This document shows, in pieces, positions 30,132 through 37,632 of a DNA stretch of 64,000 nucleotides. This DNA is from Christensenellaceae bacterium (GTDB lineage: Bacteria; Bacillota; Clostridia; Christensenellales; Borkfalkiaceae). Within the stretch, counting starts at the first letter, position 1. Every line of letters starts with the position of its first letter. A program made the translations under genes and the position numbers. Under the pieces are notes generated by a model. That model made no database searches. It was not told the DNA's origin and saw only the letters and a program-made list of their open reading frames with translations. The stretch spans positions 10,775 through 74,774 of the forward strand of contig JAZNBU010000018.1 in NCBI GenBank assembly GCA_045587245.1, read 5' to 3'.

Positions 30132-30497
30132 CTATGATGTAAAGGTCTCTCGGTTTTCATTAAACCCTAAACTAATAAGTAGGGCAGTGTTTACCTTTTG
30201 CATTTTTAGGGGTGAAAGCTCGCCAATCTTTTCTTTTATACGCCTTTTATCAAGCGTTCTAATTTGTTCTAAAAGTATAACCGAATCTTTTAAAAGTCCA
30301 AACTCGTTTGCACTTAGTTCTATGTGCGTGGGCAGTTTTGCTTTATTGAGTTGGCTTGTAATGGCGGCAGCGATAATTGTAGGGCTATATTTATTGCCCG
30401 TGTCGTTTTGCACAATTAAAATAGGTCTAACCCCACCTTGCTCACTTCCAACAACAGGGCTAAGGTCGGCGTAATAAAGTTCTCCTCGTTTTATCAT
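30132..30497 (-). CDS. mazF: MazF/PemK (EndoA-like) endoribonuclease toxin
   Basis: '[30 protein letters not shown] ... KLPTHIEL ... [14 protein letters not shown]' is near-collinear with B. subtilis EndoA/NdoA as I recall it. It has its own GGAGA RBS. Confidence 0.92.
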   Translation of the reverse strand: MIKRGELYYADLSPVVGSEQGGVRPILIVQNDTGNKYSPTIIAAAITSQLNKAKLPTHIELSANEFGLLKDSVILLEQIRTLDKRRIKEKIGELSPLKMQKVNTALLISLGFNENRETFTS

Positions 30498-30626
30498 AAT
30501 ATCTCCAAGCCTATTAAAGTAAATCCCACTTTATAATATGTATTTAATATAAAAATGGGTTAATTTTACTCGTATTTTTACATACAAGATTATGACCAAA
30601 CGAAAATATTTTTATACACTAATTAA

Positions 30627-30662
30627 TAAAAAAAGAAAACGCCAACCTAAAAAGGCTGGCCT
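30627..30662 (-). terminator. Terminator of the DUF1538-like/PII-like operon
   Basis: On the minus strand, a GCCAGCC ... GGTTGGC stem (one G-U pair) is followed by TTTTCTTTTTTT. Confidence 0.75.
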
Positions 30663-30679
30663 TTTAAGATAGTTAAATA

Positions 30680-30997
30680 TTAATCTACTTTCTTATCAAA
30701 ATCAAGCGTGCACATTTCAACAGGCATATAAAAACAAATTGCGTGGGCAGGTGTTCCGACCCCAGCCTTTTCTTTAACGCTTTCCATAATCTTTTGTGCC
30801 ACCTCTTTTTCAGCAATGGTTAAAACTATTTCTTTTTCTGGGTCAATAGTGATTCCGAAAATAGTTTGTGGATTAGGAACAGAGCCTCTTGCGTTTAAGA
30901 TTGTTGCACCGGTCGAACCGTTTTCTCTTGCTATATCAACGATTTCAGTGGCAAAGCCAGCGTTTACAATAATATATAAAACTTTTAAATCTTTCAT
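30680..30997 (-). CDS. PII-like (GlnB-fold) signal transduction protein, paralogue 1
   Basis: 105 aa with a beta-alpha-beta-beta-alpha-beta hydrophobicity pattern ('LYIIVN', 'GATILNARG', 'EIVLTIAE', 'AICFYMPVE') and a short non-canonical T-loop. Confidence 0.65.
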   Translation of the reverse strand: MKDLKVLYIIVNAGFATEIVDIARENGSTGATILNARGSVPNPQTIFGITIDPEKEIVLTIAEKEVAQKIMESVKEKAGVGTPAHAICFYMPVEMCTLDFDKKVD

Positions 30998-31012
30998 TTT
31001 TTTCTCCTTTAA

Positions 31013-31330
31013 TTAAAACAATAATTTTTGGATAGGCACGCTAAACGCAATGCCTGTGTTCGCTTTGCTGAATTTGTATTCTTTATATAAAATTTCCATA
31101 ACCTTTTTAGCATTTTCGGTTGGTAAAAGGCAGGAAATAATAGCCTTTTTTTGGTCGGCATCAAGCCCAAAGGCTTGCGCCAAAATGCTTTTTCCAACCG
31201 AGCCACGCCCATAAATCGTGTCGATAGAGTGCCCACCGTTTTCGATAAGTAGGTTAGTAAACTTATCTCTTAATTTGGTGCTACCTATTATTACGAAATA
31301 CTGTAAGCCGTTTATTATTTTTTCTTCCAT
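31013..31330 (-). CDS. PII-like (GlnB-fold) signal transduction protein, paralogue 2
   Basis: 105 aa with the same fold pattern ('YFVIIGS', 'SIDTIYGRGS', 'AIISCLLP', 'GIAFSVPI'). Its start overlaps the membrane-protein gene by 16 nt. Confidence 0.55.
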   Translation of the reverse strand: MEEKIINGLQYFVIIGSTKLRDKFTNLLIENGGHSIDTIYGRGSVGKSILAQAFGLDADQKKAIISCLLPTENAKKVMEILYKEYKFSKANTGIAFSVPIQKLLF

Positions 31331-32916
31331 AATCTTATCCTCACTTTTTTTGAGTTAGATTTTTTTACGTCTTTAGTATCGTTACTATCAACGAATTTTT
31401 GAAGGTCATCAAAAGATTCATTTGCAAGTTGTTTGCTTGCCTTTTTAGAACGAATATCGTATATAATGCCAAGCGCTTGAATGGCAATAAGTGGAGTGAC
31501 GGAAATAAAAGATATTATTCCAAATCCGTTTGTAATAATAGACATCGTGCTATTTGTCATCGTTGCCACCGACTGTGCAATGCTAAGTGTTAGTGGGGTT
31601 AAAAAAGCTGATGTCAATGCGCCACCCGTCACGCCCCCAGAGTCAAAGGCCAGCCCAACGAACAGTTTGGGCGTAAACTTCATCATCACTATTGATAAAA
31701 GATATAGTGGCACTAAAAAGTAAAGTATATTAATTTGCGTTAAAATCTTAAGAACCGAAAGTAAAGAAGCAAAGCCAATACCGATAGCAAGTGTGACAAT
31801 AATAGTAGCCTTCTTAATGTGGCCGTTTGTAATCTCTTCGATTTGAGAGCCAAGCACAACTACTGCAGGTTCTGAAACGGTTATGGCAGCGCCTAAGATA
31901 AAGCCAACGATAAGTAGTAAGTAAGGGAAAAAGTCAGGTCTAGATGAATCAAAGAAGACCCCGCCAATATATTGCCCGACAAAACCAAAACCATAGTCAA
32001 TGCCAGACAAAAAGATTAAAAGCCCAAAATAAACAGGTATAACGCCCAGCATTAAACGCCAAAATTCACGCTTTGGCAGTTTGATAACAAAAAGTAGCAC
32101 AGGCACGGCGATAAGCACTATAGGGAAAACTGCTAAGGCAACGTCTAAAAGGTTGGCCACCACGATATCACCTAGCGCAAAGCCCGTGGTGATAGTGTAT
32201 GGATTAGCAGGGGGTATGCTACCGTTTATGGTCTTTACTATAATGCCGTAAAGAAGAACTGTAACGATAGGGCCTACCGAAGCAATACCGATTATACCAA
32301 ACGAATCGTCGTTTTTCTTACTTTTAGAAAAGGTGGTGGAAATACCGATTCCAAGCGCCAAAATAAAAGGCACGGAAACGTCTCCAGTAGTTGCGCCACT
32401 TCCATCAAAGGCAAGAGAAATAAACTCAGGTGGTGCAAAAATAACCAGAATAAAAACCAGTGAATAAAGAACGCCGAAAACAAGTTTTACGTTTAAGTTT
32501 TTAATCATCCTTACAAGCGCTAAAGCAACACCCATTCCTATACCTGTGCCGGTAATCCAAATAAACAGCGTGCTACTGACTATAGGAAGAATAACGGTAA
32601 TTTGGCGAGCAAGGACAGAAAGCGCAGGCTCTGCAACTGTTGAAAGCAAACCGAACAAAAAACCAAACGCTAAAACGAAAAACAGTTTGTTATATTTAGA
32701 AAAAGACGAGCCAAGCTTACTTCCGATAGGCAAGATGCTTGAGTCCAAACCTACAAGGAAAAGTGCTTGCCCAATAATAACCGAAAAATATCCAACTAAA
32801 ACCTTGCCATATAATGCTGGGTTAGAGAAAGGAAATAGAATAAGGCAAATTGCAATAATTATAGCGAGGGGGATTGAAGATAAAGTTGTCTCTTTAATAG
32901 TTTTTAAAAGTTTCAT
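31315..32916 (-). CDS. Polytopic membrane protein with two DUF1538-like repeats
   Basis: 533 aa with an internal duplication. The first half has 'VAEPALSVLARQ' and 'AFDGSGATTGDVSVPFILALGIG'. The second half has 'VSEPAVVVLGSQ' and 'AFDSGGVTGGALTSAFLTPL'. I recognise the motif as DUF1538-type from memory only. Confidence 0.65.
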   Translation of the reverse strand: MKLLKTIKETTLSSIPLAIIIAICLILFPFSNPALYGKVLVGYFSVIIGQALFLVGLDSSILPIGSKLGSSFSKYNKLFFVLAFGFLFGLLSTVAEPALSVLARQITVILPIVSSTLFIWITGTGIGMGVALALVRMIKNLNVKLVFGVLYSLVFILVIFAPPEFISLAFDGSGATTGDVSVPFILALGIGISTTFSKSKKNDDSFGIIGIASVGPIVTVLLYGIIVKTINGSIPPANPYTITTGFALGDIVVANLLDVALAVFPIVLIAVPVLLFVIKLPKREFWRLMLGVIPVYFGLLIFLSGIDYGFGFVGQYIGGVFFDSSRPDFFPYLLLIVGFILGAAITVSEPAVVVLGSQIEEITNGHIKKATIIVTLAIGIGFASLLSVLKILTQINILYFLVPLYLLSIVMMKFTPKLFVGLAFDSGGVTGGALTSAFLTPLTLSIAQSVATMTNSTMSIITNGFGIISFISVTPLIAIQALGIIYDIRSKKASKQLANESFDDLQKFVDSNDTKDVKKSNSKKVRIRLWKKK

Positions 32917-33088
32917 TTTGTAGCTCGCTTATTTTGAATTTTGCCTATTTTTAAATATAAATTTGAGTTTTTATACTTAAAAAACATTATAACACATATA
33001 TACACAAAAGTAAAGGGCGTACGTTAAAACTTTCTGATAGTAATCAAGAAAAAATCTTGAAAAATTAACAATAAAATAATAATTACTA

Positions 33089-33117
33089 TTGACATATTTT
33101 TTTGGGTGGGTTATAAT
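33089..33117 (+). promoter_or_regulatory. Consensus promoter of the 674-aa gene
   Basis: TTGACA 33089-33094, 17 bp spacer, TATAAT 33112-33117. Confidence 0.65.
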
Positions 33118-33176
33118 ATTTTAGGTAGTTATTTTATGAATAAAATAAAAAGAAAAATAATGTTAAGGAGAATATT

Positions 33177-35201
33177 ATGCAAAGTAATATCACAGTGCCT
33201 GGTTTAACGCCGGTAGAAAGTAAAAGAGATGGCAACAATTATGAGGCAACCGTTTGGAATAGAAAATATACTATATCTGATTCTCCATTCTTTTCTTCAA
33301 TAATTTCAGGTGGCGAGGAAATCCTTGCAGGCCCAATTCGTCTTGTAGGTACTTGTTTTGGTAAGCCTATCGAATGGGAAGCTTGCGAAAACTTTGAGAT
33401 ATTAGGCACGGATGGTAAATCAAAAACTTTTGTTCAAACAACAAAGTTTAGAGAACTTGTTTTAAATACATCAATGCAAATTTTCTATGATGGTTGCGTT
33501 AAGTGTAATGCAAAGTTAATGCCAAAGTCATCTGCCATATCTGAAAATTTAGTTCTTAACGAACTCTTCCTTGAAATTCCATTTAAGAAAGAGTCTGCCA
33601 AAATGTATCAAATATATCCATTTGGCAACATTAAAATTAACGGCAAGGAAACTGTTGGCACTCCATCACTTTATGGTCTTGATTACGTGCCAAGTGAAAG
33701 TTTGGTTGCTCCATTCAAGCAAAACGTATATCTTGGCAATGACGATATAGGTATGTCAGTTTTCTTTGAAAGTGACGAAGGTTGGAGATATTTCCTTCCA
33801 AATAGAGTTATTGAAGTTCATAACAAAGAAGACCACGTTCTACTAAAAGTTCGTTTCTTAGACGAAGAGCATCTTGACTGGGTTGATAAGGGTGGCGCAA
33901 ACGGTGGCTACTTATTCCCAATCAACTTTGAGTTTGGTATGCAAGCAACACCTGTTAAACCATACATATCAAACAACTTCTTTGAAAAGAGTTATCACGC
34001 AGGTCAAGTAAGTTCAGCTGATAATGCAAGCGTGGCCCTTGATGCGCCATATAAAGAGGGTGATGATGAACTACTTATTGATGCACTCAAAAAAGAAGGC
34101 ATTGAAGTATTATACGTTCACGAACTTTGGAACGATATGCAAAACAGCTTTATGCTAACTGACAAAACTTCTGAAAGACTTAAAAAACTTGTTGAAGTTG
34201 CGCACTCTCGTGGTATTAAAATTGTTCCATATTTTGGGTATGAAATATCATCGCTTTCACCACTATTTAATAAAAAATTCTTATACAAATATAAAAAACG
34301 TTATTCAACAACTCACTATGAACTTTGGAAGTGCTTGTATTCAAGAAAACCATATCAAAGAGACTATAGTGTTTGCTATGCCTCAGATTATAGTGAAGTA
34401 TTCCTTGCCGGCATTGCTCGCATTATGGATGAATACCATATTGACGGAATATACGTTGACGGCACGTTTGCAATCACAGGGTGTATGAACTTAGAACACG
34501 GTTGCGGATACGTTGATAAAAACGGTAACGTTCGTCCAACGTACGACGTATGGCGCAGACGTGCGTTTGTTGAAAAACTTCACGACGTTGTTCATAGCCG
34601 TGGCGGTATAATCAATGCGCATACGGGTATGACTTTCCCAGCACCAACTTTAGCGTTCGCTGACAGCTTATATGATGGCGAAGTTATTCAACCATTTTTG
34701 GTAAAAGGATTGCTCGATAAAGTTCCAGAAGGGCACTTCCGTTCACTCTATACAGGTAAAACTGCAGGCGTTCCTATATCATATATAGCATATACAAACC
34801 CAACGCTATGGTCATTCCATCAATCACTTTCAACAATCGTTGCGTTTAACGTATTGCCAAGGGCAAACAACAGTATAGAAGACCTTAAAGAAGTTGCAAA
34901 GATTTGGCGTATATACGATGAGCTTCCTACTTCTAAAGCAGAATTTAAGCCTTTCTTCAATAACGACGTTCAAACGGATAACGAGAACGTTAAGGTAAGT
35001 TATTATGAACTCGGTGGCAAAATTCTTGCAGTTATTGCAAACTTCTGCAAAAATCCAACAGGCAAAACAGAAGTTAAGTTTGCTAAAAAGTATAATACTG
35101 CAACAAACAAGATGACAGGCGAAAAGGTAAAACTTGCTTGTGGCAATAAGATTACGGTTGAGTTTGATAACTTTGACTATATGATAGTAGGTCTTGAATA
35201 A
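33177..35201 (+). CDS. Cytoplasmic 674-aa protein, putative glycoside-hydrolase-like TIM barrel with an N-terminal beta-sandwich (family uncertain)
   Basis: Long ORF with a good AAGGAG RBS and no signal peptide. The C-terminal half has alternating beta/alpha character and an 'HIDGIYVDG' strand resembling GH-like barrels. The coding call is secure; the function call is weak. Confidence 0.4.
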   Translation: MQSNITVPGLTPVESKRDGNNYEATVWNRKYTISDSPFFSSIISGGEEILAGPIRLVGTCFGKPIEWEACENFEILGTDGKSKTFVQTTKFRELVLNTSMQIFYDGCVKCNAKLMPKSSAISENLVLNELFLEIPFKKESAKMYQIYPFGNIKINGKETVGTPSLYGLDYVPSESLVAPFKQNVYLGNDDIGMSVFFESDEGWRYFLPNRVIEVHNKEDHVLLKVRFLDEEHLDWVDKGGANGGYLFPINFEFGMQATPVKPYISNNFFEKSYHAGQVSSADNASVALDAPYKEGDDELLIDALKKEGIEVLYVHELWNDMQNSFMLTDKTSERLKKLVEVAHSRGIKIVPYFGYEISSLSPLFNKKFLYKYKKRYSTTHYELWKCLYSRKPYQRDYSVCYASDYSEVFLAGIARIMDEYHIDGIYVDGTFAITGCMNLEHGCGYVDKNGNVRPTYDVWRRRAFVEKLHDVVHSRGGIINAHTGMTFPAPTLAFADSLYDGEVIQPFLVKGLLDKVPEGHFRSLYTGKTAGVPISYIAYTNPTLWSFHQSLSTIVAFNVLPRANNSIEDLKEVAKIWRIYDELPTSKAEFKPFFNNDVQTDNENVKVSYYELGGKILAVIANFCKNPTGKTEVKFAKKYNTATNKMTGEKVKLACGNKITVEFDNFDYMIVGLE

Positions 35202-35216
35202 AATTAAAAAAATAGA

Positions 35217-35244
35217 AAAAGGAGAGCAAATTTTGCCTCCTTTT
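35217..35244. terminator. Bidirectional terminator between the 674-aa gene (+) and the lipid kinase gene (-)
   Basis: AAAAGGAGAGCAAA / TTTGCCTCCTTTT hairpin (one bulge) with T-runs on both strands. Confidence 0.75.
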
Positions 35245-35260
35245 AAGTTTTTGTTTTAGA

Positions 35261-36133
35261 TTACTTTCTATACATTTTAAGTTTGTTTGATACGATTTGA
35301 ACGGAAAACGGCATATTTTCATAAAGCTCGCCATCAACGTTTATGGTGCAAGGTTTATCGGTAATAATATCAACGCTACTGCACTCAAAATGTTCGGCTT
35401 GTTTTAGTGATAAAATCTTGCCTTTTTTAAGTTTTAAAAATGCTCCGATAATTTTTAGTTTTGCCATTGATTTAACTGCAACAAAATTTAGTTTATTGTC
35501 GGTTGGGCTAGCTACAGGGCAGATAGGAATCCCCCCACCGTAAACGCTTCCGTTTGCAATGCAAGCGATAAAAGAGCGATAGGGAATTTCTTTGTCGCCA
35601 AACTTTGCAGTAAAGTTGGTGTAGTCAAAATTAAAAAGCGTTTTAATAAGACACGTTGTGTAGTTAAACTTGTTTTTCACTTTTAGTTTTTCATATCTTT
35701 TAAGAACGTCCACGTCAATGCCCGTGCCAACTATATTTATGCCCCTAACTTTAGGCAGTTGCATATAGTCAACAAATTTAGGTGATTCGCTTAGTATAAT
35801 ATCTAACGCTTTTTGTGGGCATAAAGGCAAACCAAGAGCTGATGCAAAATCGTTGCCCGTGCCACAAGGCACTAAGCCTAAATTTGCGTTAAATTCGGAA
35901 AAACCGTTTACAACTTCGTGCAAAGTGCCGTCGCCACCAACAACAATAATATCGGTTGCCTTATTGCTAATCAAATCTTCAGCAAGTTTTTTTGCGTGAC
36001 CTTTATAAGAGGTGTAGTGTAATCGATAACAAACGTCTTTTTCTTTTAAATAAGTTTGTAAAAAGTCAACAACTTTTTTAATTTTTTTTCCTTTTTTCCC
36101 ACCTGCTGTAGGATTTATAATAAAATCTAACAT
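35261..36133 (-). CDS. Diacylglycerol kinase-family lipid kinase (YegS/DagK/BmrU-like)
   Basis: 'VVGGDGTLHEVVNG' and 'PCGTGNDFA' motifs, 290 aa. Confidence 0.85.
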   Translation of the reverse strand: MLDFIINPTAGGKKGKKIKKVVDFLQTYLKEKDVCYRLHYTSYKGHAKKLAEDLISNKATDIIVVGGDGTLHEVVNGFSEFNANLGLVPCGTGNDFASALGLPLCPQKALDIILSESPKFVDYMQLPKVRGINIVGTGIDVDVLKRYEKLKVKNKFNYTTCLIKTLFNFDYTNFTAKFGDKEIPYRSFIACIANGSVYGGGIPICPVASPTDNKLNFVAVKSMAKLKIIGAFLKLKKGKILSLKQAEHFECSSVDIITDKPCTINVDGELYENMPFSVQIVSNKLKMYRK

Positions 36134-36219
36134 CTTTTATCCTTTTTTTTTTGCTTTCTTAATAAATTTTACTATAAATTGATGAAAAATTCAAGTTAAT
36201 ATGATATAATAAATAAGTT

Positions 36220-37593
36220 ATGAAAAATATTTTGCCTAGTAACTTCATAAAATTAGCAAAAATGACGTCAAAACCACTTTACGTTGTAGGAGGAGCAGTC
36301 AGGAATTATCTTATCGACGGCTCGCTTTCAACTGACCTTGACATTGCCGGCGCAATTCCTGCAAGCCAATTTGTAAAAGAACTTAACGATTTCGGCATTA
36401 AAGAAAGCGCAATTTATCCTAGGACGGGCACGGTTATGTTTTCGGACGGGGCTTTTCATTATGAATACACTGCTTTTCGCCGTGATAAATACGTGGGTGG
36501 GGAGCATTTGCCGGAAAAGAGTGAGTTTACCGAAGATATTTCAGAAGATGCACTCCGAAGGGATTTTAAGTGCAATGCAATTTATTATGACGTTATAAAC
36601 GATAAAATCATAGACCTTTTGGGTGGCGTGGAAGATATCAAAAACAAAACGCTTTCGACTGTTGCAGAGCCTGATAAAGTGTTTAGTGTTGACGGACTAA
36701 GGCTTATGCGCCTTGCAAGGTTTGCAGGGGAATTAAATTTTCAGCCCACGTATGAAGTAATTCAATCGGCAAAAAAATATGCAGATAATATTTTGGATAT
36801 ATCGCCAGAACGCATTTTTAATGAACTTAAATTGATACTCAATGCTGATGGAAAATATACTTTTTCTGACCCGATAGGTCATTACACAGCACTTAAGATT
36901 TTGGATCATACAAGAGTTTTAGATAAGATTTTGCCAGAACTAACGGAAGGCCGTGGAATGGTTCAAAGAGCAGACTTTCATAAATACGACGTGCTAGAGC
37001 ACAGCATAAGAACGGTTTTATATTCGCATCCGTCAATTAGGCTCGGTGCATTGTTCCACGATATAGGAAAGCCTTTCTGCTATTTAAGAGATGGATATTA
37101 TTATCATCATTTTTCTGAAGGAGAAAGGATTGCTGAGCGAGTGCTTAAAAGATTTAAAGCAGACAAGGCTACTATAACTCAGGTAAAATTCTTGGTTAGA
37201 GAGCATATGGTTGATTTGGACTGTTCTATGAGCGAAAGTAAGGTTAGAAAATTTTTGGTCAAGCATCAAGACAGACTCGATGAGCTTCGCAGGGTTAAGC
37301 AAGCAGATTTTAGAGCAAGCTTAGAGACCGAAAGTATTGCACCAACAATCATAAAGTGGAAAAAAATCTATGATAAAATGATTTTAGACGGCACGCCGTT
37401 TTTAATAAGAGATTTAAAAATCACGCCTCAGGATTTAATTGAGTTAGGATATAGGGATAAAGAAATAGGCAAAGAACACAAAAAACTGTTTGATTATGCA
37501 GTGCTATATCCAAATAAAAACACTCACGAAAATCTCATTACTCAAGCAAAAAAACATTTAGGCAAAAAAATTAAACAAGAAAAAAGTTTATAA
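36220..37593 (+). CDS. cca: CCA-adding tRNA nucleotidyltransferase / poly(A) polymerase family protein with HD domain
   Basis: 'VGGAVRNYL ... DLDIAG' polymerase-beta head and 'HDIGKP' HD motif, 457 aa. Confidence 0.85.
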   Translation: MKNILPSNFIKLAKMTSKPLYVVGGAVRNYLIDGSLSTDLDIAGAIPASQFVKELNDFGIKESAIYPRTGTVMFSDGAFHYEYTAFRRDKYVGGEHLPEKSEFTEDISEDALRRDFKCNAIYYDVINDKIIDLLGGVEDIKNKTLSTVAEPDKVFSVDGLRLMRLARFAGELNFQPTYEVIQSAKKYADNILDISPERIFNELKLILNADGKYTFSDPIGHYTALKILDHTRVLDKILPELTEGRGMVQRADFHKYDVLEHSIRTVLYSHPSIRLGALFHDIGKPFCYLRDGYYYHHFSEGERIAERVLKRFKADKATITQVKFLVREHMVDLDCSMSESKVRKFLVKHQDRLDELRRVKQADFRASLETESIAPTIIKWKKIYDKMILDGTPFLIRDLKITPQDLIELGYRDKEIGKEHKKLFDYAVLYPNKNTHENLITQAKKHLGKKIKQEKSL

Positions 37594-37632
37594 AATAAAA
37601 ACATAATGTTCCATAATGGAGGAAGATTAATT

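Noticed and set aside
30085-30474. 129-aa plus-strand ORF covering almost all of mazF in antisense
   Set aside because: It starts inside the nitroreductase/mazF terminator hairpin and has no RBS. Its composition (S/L/F/C-rich) is typical of a shadow frame opposite a real gene. MazF on the other strand has unmistakable family motifs.
31009-31236. 75-aa minus-strand ORF overlapping the second PII-like gene in another frame
   Set aside because: It is an alternative frame fully inside a better-supported ORF and has no RBS.
34189-34488. 99-aa plus-strand ORF in an alternative frame inside the 674-aa gene; similar alternative-frame ORFs lie inside the repeat gene (38168-38437, 38361-38750, 40221-40514)
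   Set aside because: They are nested in long, well-supported ORFs, lack RBSs, and have skewed compositions.
37606-37632. Upstream ATG 37606 for the giant repeat protein
   Set aside because: There is no RBS, and the GGAGG that serves ATG 37633 lies inside this extension.
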